From positions 14,083 through 78,082 of the forward strand of contig OZ244595.1 in NCBI GenBank assembly GCA_965218235.1: DNA of 64,000 bases. The letters run 5' to 3'. The notes under the pieces are model-generated. The model saw only the letters and a list, made by a program, of their open reading frames with translations, was not told the DNA's origin and searched no databases. A program made the translations under genes and the position numbers. Below are positions 52,389 through 63,800 of this stretch, one piece after another; position 1 is the stretch's first letter, and every line of letters begins with the position of its first letter. This DNA comes from Thermomicrobiales bacterium (GTDB lineage: Bacteria > Chloroflexota > Chloroflexia > Thermomicrobiales > UBA6265).

Positions 52389-53048
52389 TTACTGGACAGC
52401 AACGCCGAGGCCGACCGGGCAGCTCACGCCGGTGCCTTCGAGGCCGCAGTACCCGTTCGGGACCTTGTGCAGGTACTGCTGGTGATAGTCCTCGGCGTAG
52501 TAGAACGGACCCGCCGGCGCGACCTCGGTCGTGATTGCCGAATGGCCGCTGGCCCGGAGACGCTCATCGTACGAAGCGAGCACACGGTCAGCCGTCTCCC
52601 GCTGGGCATCGCTGGTCGTGTAGATCGCGGAGCGGTACTGTGTGCCGGAGTCGTTGCCCTGGCGCATTCCCTGGGTCGGGTTGTGCTCCTCGAAGAAGAC
52701 CTTCAGCAGGTCGGCGTAGCTCACCTGCTTCGGGTCGAAGACGACCAGCACGGCCTCGGCGTGACCGGTTCGTCCCGAGCAGGTCTCCTCGTAGGTCGGG
52801 TTGGGCGTGTAGCCGCCGGTGTAGCCGACGGCCGTCGTAATGACGCCGGGGGTCTGCCAGAAGATGCGCTCGGCACCCCAGAAGCAGCCGAGGGCGAAGA
52901 TCGCCGTCTCACTGCCCTCGGGGAACGGCGGCTGGATCGGCTGGCCATTGACGGCGTGGCGGGTCGGGATGCTAAAGGCCGGCGTGTCGCGGCCGGGGAG
53001 CGCGTCGCCCGGGGCGACCATCGTGGCCTTGGCTCGTGTGAAGAACAT
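52389..53048 (-). CDS. msrA: peptide methionine-S-sulfoxide reductase
   Basis: [32 protein letters not shown]. Confidence 0.96.
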   Translation of the reverse strand: MFFTRAKATMVAPGDALPGRDTPAFSIPTRHAVNGQPIQPPFPEGSETAIFALGCFWGAERIFWQTPGVITTAVGYTGGYTPNPTYEETCSGRTGHAEAVLVVFDPKQVSYADLLKVFFEEHNPTQGMRQGNDSGTQYRSAIYTTSDAQRETADRVLASYDERLRASGHSAITTEVAPAGPFYYAEDYHQQYLHKVPNGYCGLEGTGVSCPVGLGVAVQ

Positions 53049-53213
53049 GGGAATCTCCTCCAGCGATGCGCCATTTACAGGGCAGCATCAATCGTTCTCA
53101 AGTATAGTCGCTTACGTCGGATCAGTCGCCCCTGACAGGGCACGAACGCCAACTGTTCCGAACTACGCTCGACAGACGCAGAACCTGTTCCCGACCGTCG
53201 CCCCAATGCCGAA

Positions 53214-53247
53214 CACCCCTGTCACGCCGATCGGCATGACAGGGGTG
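53214..53247. terminator. near-perfect 34-bp palindrome downstream of recA
   Basis: CACCCCTGTCACGCCGA/TCGGCATGACAGGGGTG; the single mismatch is a G-U pair on the minus strand. Confidence 0.55.
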
Positions 53248-53437
53248 ACTCATTGCGGGATCGGATTCCACATTGGAACGTTCGCTTCCGCCGCGATCAC
53301 AATGAATGTCGCAACGGCCCCGCATCAGACCAGCCGAGTTACCCGGCTCGCTTCGCTACCATCTATCTATGGCCGCGCATTGCCGCCAGACGATAGCGGG
53401 CGCCCAGGTCCGACACGGACGATGATTCTGTCCGCCG

Positions 53438-54589
<1,152 letters not shown>

Positions 54590-54676
54590 GTCCGCCTGCC
54601 TCCGTGGCCGGTCTCGCTCGACCGGAACTGCCCTGGACCCGTCCATCCACATCGTGCGCCGGACGCTGGTCAGAAG

Positions 54677-54704
54677 TAGAAAATGTGTTCTAATCGTCTG
54701 TCAA
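54677..54704 (-). promoter_or_regulatory. recA promoter region with LexA box
   Basis: Minus strand TTGACA (54704-54699) followed by TAGAAC-ACAT-TTTCTA, one mismatch from AGAAC-N4-GTTCT. Confidence 0.7.
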
Positions 54705-54879
54705 TTTTACGGCAGCGAGCGCGTTACGTCAATGATTTGCGGATCCCGGCGAGCCACGATGCTCGGTGCGAAATACCGATCGGGACGCCCTGGCCAAATG
54801 GTGTCATGGCGCCGACGAACGGGCCGGCGAGCATTGCGCCCACCGGCCCGTTCGCCCGGTCACTGATTCCTGTGCTCGC

Positions 54880-57561
54880 TCAGATCGCCGGCGGCGGCAG
54901 GACTTCCACCTCGCTGAGCCCGCCGACGAGCGTCAGCTGCTCGGCATTCGGGAACAGGAAGCGGATGTACTGGGTGTCGATCCCGAGCTGGATCTCCTCC
55001 CACTCACCGGGGATGGCGCTGTAGGTGTCCGGATACGCGATGGTGGTCCACGTCTCACCGTCGAGCGAGGTCTGGAGCTCGGCATTGTGGGCGTAGGTCG
55101 TCTCCGTCCACTGCACCCGGACGCTGCCCACCGTCTGGAGGTAGCCAAGATCGATCTCGAGGGCGAGGTCCTCCGGCGTCGTAGTCGGTTCGACGACAAT
55201 CTCGGCTGGGGCCTCCGTCGGAACGTCACCCGTCCCCTCACCCCCATCGACCGGGACATCGCCCGTCTCGTCGACCGGAGCTTCTGTCGCCGGTTCGCTG
55301 ATGATCGGAGCTGGGACGTCCATGTACCACGTCGTCAGCGGATCGCTGTCGACGGCGTACCTTGCGGTGCCGGTGGAGAACGTGTCCTCGACACTGGCCG
55401 GAGCGATCGTCGGGGACAACGTGGGGATCACGGTCGGCTCTTCGGTGACGACCTCGGTCGGGACTTCAGTCGGGATGTCAGTCGGTACGAGCGTCGGCTC
55501 CTCGGTCGGGGTCTCCGTCGGGGCGAGGGTCGGCTCGACTGTCGGCTCCTCGGTCGGGGTCTCCGTCGGGGCGAGGGTCGGTTCCTCGGTTGCGACTTCG
55601 GTCGGCGTTTCGGTCGGAGCGAGCGTCGGCTCCTCACTGGGAACCGAAGTCGCGGTCGGTGGGACCGGCGTATCGGTCGGCGGGAGCACGGTCGGCGTTG
55701 CCCTGGTCCGCGCTGCCGGTGTCGTCGGTTCGACGTCCTGGGCGGACACGGCAACCCGCGTCGGAGTCGCTGTCCTCCGAGGCGGCCTGGTTGGACGACC
55801 TGTAGCGCCCGTCGCGGTAGCCTTTGGCGTTGCCGTGACAGTCGCTGGGCGGGCTGTCGCGGTCGCCGGGCGTGGCGTCGCGGTCTCCGGGAGAGACGTG
55901 GCGGTTGGCGTACTGGCTCGGGGGGTCGCGGTCGGTGGGAGAGGCGTGGCCGTTGGCGTACTGGCTCGGGGGGTCGCGGTCGGTGGGAGAGGCGTGGCCG
56001 TTGGCGTACTAGCTCGGGGCGTCGCGGTTGCCGCGCGAGTCGCCGTCGCGGTCGCCGTCGCTCCCGTCCGCGGCGGCCTGGTTGGGCGGCCCGTGACGCC
56101 CGTCGCGGTAGCCCGTGGCGTTGCCGTGGCGGTCGCTGGGCGAGGCGTCGCGGTCGCTGGGCGAGGCGTCGCGGTCGCTGGGCGAGGCGTGGCCGTTGGC
56201 GTACTAACTCGTGGCGTCGCGGTCGCTGGACGGGACGTGGCGGTCGCCCGCGGTGTAGCGGTCGCAGGCGGCGTGGCGGTCCCGCCGCCCCCTGGAACCG
56301 TGCCGTCACCGATGTAGAGAACCGTCGGATCTCCGCTTGCCACACCGCCCCTCGGATCGGTCCGCGGGACGGTGATGCCGCCCAGGCCACCGTAGAGCGC
56401 AACCGCCCCGGCGACCAGCGGTGACGCCATGCTCGTACCGCTCTTGACCGCCGTCCCGCCGCCGGGAGCGGTTGAGGTGATGCAGGAACCCGGAGCCATC
56501 ACGTCCGCGTTGACATTGCTGTAGGTGGCGATCAGGTCGTCCGCACCATTACAGCTCGGCCCACCGCCTCCTGTCCGGCCATTCGTATCGGTATAGGCCG
56601 AGACCGAGATAACCTCGGGGTACGAGGCGGGACTGTAGGTATTGGCGCTCGCCCCGTTCTGGTTGCCGGCCGCGACGACCACCGGGATGCCGCGATTCCT
56701 GACGCCACAGATCGCTTCCCGCAGCGGGTAGGCCGAGCCCGACCCGCAGGCGGCGCCAGGGCCCTGTGCAAAGCCGAGGCTCATGTTGACGACATTGATC
56801 CCACCTGGGTGGGCGGCGATCCAGTTGAGCCCACAGATGATGTTCGAAACCGGACCCGACGAGCCGATCAGGACCTTGACGGAATAGATCGCCGCCCCGG
56901 GGGCGATGCCGGTGGTGGCGTCGCCATTGTCGCGGGCGGCCGCGATGCCGGCGACATGTGTCCCATGCCCGTTCGTGTCCGTCGTGACACCACCGCTGCC
57001 CGTGCAGTCCACTCCACCGACGACGTTGAGATCGTTGTTCGGGCCGACGCCGGAGTCGACGATCGCGATGCCAACGCCGGGATGACTGGCGCCCGTCCCG
57101 GCGCCGCTCGTCGCCGAGGTGTCCGCCCCGACGCGAGCGATCTGGTTAGGCACAGCGTCGGTAGTGACGAGCCGGTCGATCGAGATCGACTCGACGTTGG
57201 TGTCCTCCCGAAGGGTAGCGACGTCCGCGTCGGTCAGGTTGGCCGAGAACCCATTGGCGGCGCTGCGATAGACGAAGCCGGTCTCAATGCCGTTATCGGC
57301 CGCGACGACCGCCGGATCGGTTCCCGCATCGGTCAGCACGATGGACGGCCCGCGAACGCCCGGCTCGATCACGACCGGAGCACTCGGACGACCGCCGCCA
57401 TCCTGCGCGCTGGCGAGGATCGGCATGAGCGCCAGGACGAGCGCAAGCAGCGCGACCAAGGGCGCAAACCGGCGTGGCGCCGCGGAGATCGCCGTAACGG
57501 TGGCATGCGTGGACAGCGTCGATGACAAGTCGTCGAGCTGACGGGTCTGGCGGTGGTTCAC
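54880..57561 (-). CDS. secreted S8 subtilase: I9-like propeptide, catalytic domain, long Thr/Pro/Ala linker, C-terminal discoidin (F5/8 type C)-like domain
   Basis: IAIVDSG, NGHGTHVAG, VVAAGN, GTSMASP; AVDSD..TTW...LEIDLG...SLDGETW...YIRF...LSEVEV. Confidence 0.9.
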   Translation of the reverse strand: MNHRQTRQLDDLSSTLSTHATVTAISAAPRRFAPLVALLALVLALMPILASAQDGGGRPSAPVVIEPGVRGPSIVLTDAGTDPAVVAADNGIETGFVYRSAANGFSANLTDADVATLREDTNVESISIDRLVTTDAVPNQIARVGADTSATSGAGTGASHPGVGIAIVDSGVGPNNDLNVVGGVDCTGSGGVTTDTNGHGTHVAGIAAARDNGDATTGIAPGAAIYSVKVLIGSSGPVSNIICGLNWIAAHPGGINVVNMSLGFAQGPGAACGSGSAYPLREAICGVRNRGIPVVVAAGNQNGASANTYSPASYPEVISVSAYTDTNGRTGGGGPSCNGADDLIATYSNVNADVMAPGSCITSTAPGGGTAVKSGTSMASPLVAGAVALYGGLGGITVPRTDPRGGVASGDPTVLYIGDGTVPGGGGTATPPATATPRATATSRPATATPRVSTPTATPRPATATPRPATATPRPATATATPRATATGVTGRPTRPPRTGATATATATRAATATPRASTPTATPLPPTATPRASTPTATPLPPTATPRASTPTATSLPETATPRPATATARPATVTATPKATATGATGRPTRPPRRTATPTRVAVSAQDVEPTTPAARTRATPTVLPPTDTPVPPTATSVPSEEPTLAPTETPTEVATEEPTLAPTETPTEEPTVEPTLAPTETPTEEPTLVPTDIPTEVPTEVVTEEPTVIPTLSPTIAPASVEDTFSTGTARYAVDSDPLTTWYMDVPAPIISEPATEAPVDETGDVPVDGGEGTGDVPTEAPAEIVVEPTTTPEDLALEIDLGYLQTVGSVRVQWTETTYAHNAELQTSLDGETWTTIAYPDTYSAIPGEWEEIQLGIDTQYIRFLFPNAEQLTLVGGLSEVEVLPPPAI
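55430..56290 (-). repeat. coding tandem repeats (TATPRPA, RASTPTATPLPPTATP, EEPTLAPTETPT)
   Basis: 21-bp and 48-bp DNA units repeated about three times each, plus acidic PT units. Confidence 0.85.
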
Positions 57562-57754
57562 TGCGCATGCCTTTCCAGGCTGTCGGAGTCAGGGCGCCGC
57601 GGGGCGAAGAGCTCCGCCAGGCTCCTGGACCTGCGCGGATCGTCATCCGCCGGACAGGTCGTGACAGGGACAGAGGTCGATGGGACACACGGACGCCGAA
57701 ATCGAGGACATCATCCGCATGCCATGGTACTCGATTCCAGACAATGACAACCCC

Positions 57755-57808
57755 GACACGGGCAATGACCGGCGTGGCGCGATGCCACTGCCGGTCCTTG
57801 CCCGTGTC
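57755..57808 (-). terminator. hairpin downstream of the giant surface-protein gene
   Basis: GACACGGGCAA...TTGCCCGTGTC with inner GACCGGC/GCCGGTC arms. Confidence 0.65.
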
Positions 57809-57831
57809 CGATTCGATCTGGCCGACCTCCT

Positions 57832-60800
57832 CTAGCCGGTGATCTCCCGCCGGCGTCGGGCGATCCAGGCCGCGGCCAACGCCATGGACAGGATCGAGGC
57901 GAGCGCGAACAGCTCGGAGGTCATCCCGGTGGCGACGCTGGCCGCCATCGTCCCGGCTCCGGTGTTGGGCTGCCCCGTGACCGGCGCGCAGTTGAAGATG
58001 AAGACCTTCGAGGCCACGTTCGGCCGGACGACGACGTCGCCATTGGTGTTGACGCTGTCGGACTCGGCGTAGCACCACCCATCGCCGGCCTCGGTGAGGG
58101 AATAGGTTCCGGGGGTCAGCCGGGCGAAGGTCAGGAGCCCGTCGACGTTCGTGGATCCGTCTGTCACCGGGGTGTACTTCTTCGTCTCGCCGCTGTAGAG
58201 GGCGATCGAGAACTGGGCGGGCGTCGACTGGATCGCGCAGTTCTGGTAGTAGTCGTAGTTGGCCGGCGGGTTGAGCGTCGGGCAGACGTACTTCTGCACG
58301 ATGATCGCTCCGGTGGTGTCCGAGACGACCGGTGGGACCGAGAAGTATGCGCAGTAGACCGTCTGGCCGGCCTGGGGCGCGACGTTGGCTCCGACCCCGA
58401 CGTTCTTGGTGGCCGGGGCGTTCGCGTCCGGTCCACAGAAGTTGTAGAGAATCTGCTGGCCCTTGGTCAGCTGCTGCTCGAGATAGTAGCTGCCAGCCGG
58501 GATGCCGGCGAAGACGGCCCGCCCGGTCTGCCCACCGGCGCCGGTCGTCGCCCGCTGGGTGACGGGGCCGGACAGCCGGTACGTCACGCCGTTGGTCAGG
58601 CTACTGGCCGCGGTGCAGTTGTTGGCGAAGTCCTCGTAGAGCGTCCCCTGGAAGCCAGCCGGGCAGGTGTAGCTCGTGACATCGACGGCGGCCGGGGCCG
58701 GGGCCGGCGGCGCGACGTAGTTGATCACCACGACCTGGGTGAGCTGGTTACGGCCGATCTGGACGGAAGCCGATGCGTCACCCGGAAGATCCGGCGCCAC
58801 CTCGGTCAGGGTATAGGTAGCGACGGGGACCGTCGCCTGGTAGAAACCGTCCAGTCCAATCGAGAACTGGCCGAGACCACCCTCGCCGCCCTGGCGGACG
58901 AACGTGAAGGTCGCGTCGCCAGGGGTGCAGCCGGCGGTGTTGGCGAGTTGCTTCGGCCCGGGGTCGGAGCTGTCGAAGATGACTGTCCGCTCCCCGGCCG
59001 ACCCGGCCGGGCAGTAGAACTTGGCGATCTGGACGGTGCCGGCGTTGGCCGGCGGGGCCGCGCGCTGGTTGACGACGCGCACGTCGGTCGTGACACCGGG
59101 GTTGACGGTGACGCCGCCGATCCGGCTGGTCGCGACGTATCCGGACGGCACGGCGGTCTGGTCGATGGCGTAGGTTCCCGGCGCGATCTCACCAAAGGTG
59201 ACCCGACCGTTGGCGTCGCTGCAGGTGGCATCACGGCCGTCATCGACGACATCGAAGCACGCTCCAGCCAGCGGCTGGCCCTGCGGGTTGACGACCGTCA
59301 CCCGGATGGCGCCGTTCCGTGGCGTGTTGACGACCGTCACTCGTGTCGGGTCGCCAACGTCGATCGTGACGGCCGAGTCGTCGGCCGGCAGGTACGCGGC
59401 GGACGGGGTATTGGTCTCGCGGAGGGTGAAGTCCCCCACGGCGACGCCGGTGAAGGTGATCGTGCCGTCGTTGCGGCCGTCTTCCCCGTCGCAGACCGGA
59501 CCCGCCACCGTGTTCGATCCCGACAGCAGGGAGAAGCAGGCGCCCGGCAGGGCGGCCCCGTCCTCATCGACCTTGGAGACGATCAGGTCTCCGGCGTTGG
59601 CGGGTGGCGGCTGAATGACGTTCGTGACGGTGATCCGCAGGGCACTGCCTGGCGCGACCCGAACCGGATCGACATTGGCAACCAGATAGCCCGTCGGAAC
59701 GGTGATCTGCTCGACCGTGTAGTCGCCCGGTACCACGCCGGCGAACCGGGTCGCGCCGTCGTCACCACCGAGATCCTGGTTGTCGCAGACTTCGTAGGTA
59801 TCGGGGCCGGTCAGCCGATAACAGGCGCCGGGGAGGGCATCCCCATCCGACGTGACCGTATCGAAGGTAACGCGGCCCGGTCGGGGTGAGTTCGCGACGG
59901 TTGCCTCGGCCGTCTCACCGGCGACGATCTGGATGGTCTGGCTCCCACCGGCCTCATAACCGAGCGGGGTGGTGACCTCCCGGAGGAGCCACGTGCCCGG
60001 CTGGATGTCGGTGAAGGAGATCGTGCCGTCGCGGTCGCCGTCGTCCGAGTCGCAGGCCCGGACCGGCTGCCGACCACTGCGCTGCAGAGTGAAGCAGGAC
60101 CCAGCCAGAGCCGCGCCATCGGCGTCGACCTTCGAGACGACCAGGGCGCCGTTCTCGGCCGGCGTCGGCACCGCCTTGACCGGGATGAGTGCGACGACCG
60201 GGGTGTTGGCGTTCACGGTGACGTCGATATCGTCGGCCAGCTCGTAGCCGTTCGGCGCCTCGGTCTGGGCGATCGTGTAGTCACCGCGAACGACTCCGTC
60301 GAACCGGATCCGGCCAACTCGGCCATCGGGGTCGTTGCCGTCGTTGTCGCAGATTTCGACCCCGTCGAGCGTGAAGCAGGCGCCCGCCAGCGGGCGGTTC
60401 GCGGCGTCGGTGTAGTTGATGACCAGCGAGACCTCACGGTTCGCCGGATCCTGGATCGTGATGACGAGCAGGACCTCGATCGTGTCATCGGCCACGACGG
60501 TCACGTTCTGGCTGACCGGAATCGCCGCGGCCGCGACCTGGCCGTCCGGCAGGTCGCCAGTCTGCGTGACGAGATAGTTGCCGACCGGGACGTTCTGGAA
60601 GAGGATCGCGCCGCCCGTGTCGTCACCGTCGCCGTTCTGGTTGTCGCAGACCTCAGCGATCGACGCGTCCGCCTGGGAAAGGGTCAGGCACAGATTGGTC
60701 AGGGCGTTACCGTCCTGGTCCTCGAGTCGGACCGAGATCGACCCTTCACCGACCGGTGATGGCGTGGCGCTCGCCGAAGCGGACGGGCCCACCGATGGGC

Positions 60801-63800
60801 TCGGGCTGATGCTTGGCGACGGGCTTGCCGATGGGCTCGGGCTGATGCTTGGCGACGGGCTGATACTTGGCGATGGGCTCTCGCTTGGCGATGGGCTCTC
60901 GCTTGGCGATGGGCTCTCGCTTGGCGATGGGCTCTCGCTTGGCGATGGGCTCTCGCTTGGCGATGGGCTGGCGGATGGGCTTGGGCTCTCACTCGGCGAC
61001 GGGCTGGCGTCGGCCTGGATCTCCTGCCGCGCCTTGACCGTCTCTCCCGCTACGACCGTGACACTCGGCCCGATGTCGGCGTCAGGCCCGGTGTAGTTGT
61101 CAGGCAGGTTTCCGAACACGATGTCATACGTGCCGGCCGGCACGTCGGGGATCGTGAACTCGCCGGGCGCGTTGTTCGTATCGGCCGTATCGCCACCCCC
61201 GCCGGTGTTGTCGCAGATGGCGGCGCCCGCCGCACCGCCGGTCGCCTCGGCGAACTGAACGCAGATGTCAGGAATCGGGTCGCCGGTGGCCTGATCGGTG
61301 ACGGAGAGCCGAACCGTGCCAGTGGTTGCCACGAGGTCGAACCGGGCCTCGCCCGCCTTGCCCTCCTGAACATCTACCGTAATTGTCTCGTCCTGACCAT
61401 CGGCCAGCGCGTACCCAACGGGGACAGTCGCGGCCGTGACAGTGTTCTCACCCGATTCGACCTGGGGGACGGTCAGATTGCCATCGGCGACCTGATCGAA
61501 CTGATCGTCACAGAACGGGCCGAAATCGCCGAACTCGTTGGTGACGGTGACGCAGCCTCCCGCGATCGGCTGGTCGCCGGCGCTGAAGACGACGGAGAGG
61601 TCGCCGAAGGTCACGATTCGGTCGGTCGTGACGGTGATCGCGTTGTCGCCGCCCTCGGTGACATCCAGCGACTGCGCCTCGGCCGGCTGAACGCTCTCGG
61701 GCGTCGTGCTCTCGACGACCTGATACGTCCCGACCGGGACGTTGTCGATCGTGATCAGACCCGGCTCGCCACCGGACTGGTCGCCGTCGGCGTCATCACA
61801 GACCGCGCCAATCGGGTCGCTGCCGTCGCGCTCGAGCTGGAAGCAGGCGCCGGAGACAGGATCACCGGCGTCATTCCGCCGCGCAATCGAAACGGAGACC
61901 TCTACGGTCGACGCGTCGACGACGGCGATCTCCTGCGAGCCGCCGAGCAGGACCGTGACGGACTGATCGGGCGCGGCTGAGAAGGTATCCGCCACCTTGA
62001 CCTGGCTCAGCGTGTATGTGCCGTCCGGGATACCGAAGATGCCAACCCGGCCATCGGCGTCGATGTCACCGTCGTCGTCGCAGACCGAGGTGACGACATC
62101 GCCGCCATCGCGGCTCAGGACATCGATCGCTTCGCCGGAGGTGGGATCAAGCAGGCTGAAACAGGCGTCCGGGACCGCGTTGCCGTTGCCGTCGCTGACG
62201 GTGACGACGAGGCGACCATCCGGGGCCGCCGACTCGCTCGGGCTCGGCTCGACGGACGGGCTGGCTGATGACGAGGGACTGGCCGACTCGGAGGGACTCG
62301 CAGCCCCGGACGGCTCGTAGGTGAACTCGACGTCGGTGGTCTGGCCGGCTTCGACCGTGACGGTCTGCTCGGGCAGCAGGCTCTGGCCGTCAGGCGCGAC
62401 GACCATGTAGACCGTCGTGCTGCCCGGAGCGAGATCACCGATGGTAACGATGCCGTTGGTCTCGCCGTCGGACTCGTCGGTGAAGGTGCCGAGGTAATCG
62501 GTGCCGTTCTGGACATCAAAGCCAGCCCCGGCGACGTCGCCACCGTTGCCGTCCCCGACCGTGATCTCGATAGTCCCGGTCGTGTCGTCCTGGCCAGCCC
62601 CGTCGGACGGAGAAGCCTCACCGGATGGAATGGGGGACTCAGACGCACTCGCGTCAGATGCGCTGGCGTTCGCGGCGTCCGTCCCCTCGTAGGAGAAGGT
62701 GATGGTCTGATCGGTGCCGCCGACGACATCGAACGTCTGGTCGGGCAGGGCGTCGTAGCCGCCCGGCGCGGTGTCCATCGTCAGGGTGAACGTGCCGCTC
62801 GCGACCTCAGTGATCTCAAGCTCGCCGTTGAGATCGTCATCGATGAACGGACCATAGGTTTGACCGCCGATCAACAGGGAGTAGGACGCGCCGCCGAGCG
62901 GATCGCCATCCGGCCCCACCGTCTCGACGGTCAGCGTCGAGCGACCATCAGTCTCGCCACCGGGGCTGGAGTCCGCGGACGGCGAAGCCTTTTCGAACGG
63001 TGACGCGTCCACCGAGGGTGTCTCGCCTACCGATGGGCTCGCCGCTTCGGATGCCGCGTCGCCGTAGCTGAACTTCACCTCGGCCGTCTGCCCGGCTTCG
63101 ACCGTGACGGTCTGCTCGGGAAGGAGCGGCTGCCCACCCGGAGCGGCGACCATGAAGACGGTATTGCTGCCGGGGAAGACGCCTTCGACCGTCACGACGC
63201 CGTCGACATCACCATCGGATTCGTCGGTGAAGGTGCCGTAGTAGCCGGAATCGTTCTGAACGTCGAAGCCGGCCCCAGCGAGCGAATCGCCGTTGGCGTC
63301 AATCGCCGTGATCTCGAGGATACCGCCCGAGGAGCTGGGCTCGGTGCCGCGTGGGTCGCGGCTTCCGGAGGCGTTGTCGCTCTTGCTGGGAGAGGCGTCG
63401 GCCGAGGAATCCCCGGATGGCGACTGGCTGCTCGCATCGGACGGCTGATCGATACCGCCCGTGCCCGGCAGGTCCACCTGAATCGTGTTCAGGCCAGGTC
63501 CGATGTCGACCGTTTCGTCGTCGGCCGGCTCCTGGCCGCTCGGGGTGAAGGTCTCGACGAGGTCATAGGTCCCGGACGGGGCGCCGTTCGGGAAGTTGAT
63601 CGTGATCTGGCCGTCACCGCTGCCGTCGTCGCTGTCGCAGGCCTGACCGAGCTGGGTGTTGCCGTCGAAGACACCGTAGCAGCCGCCAGACGAGGACGCG
63701 CCGTCAGCGGTCAGGACGGTAACGGTCAGTTGGCCGGGCTGGACATTGGTAGCGCTGACCGAGCCGTCGCGGGCGTCGAGTTCGATCTGGATTCGGCCCG

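Noticed and set aside
55430-61010. Tandem repeats as a possible CRISPR array
   Set aside because: In-frame coding repeats without unique spacers; no cas genes in the window.
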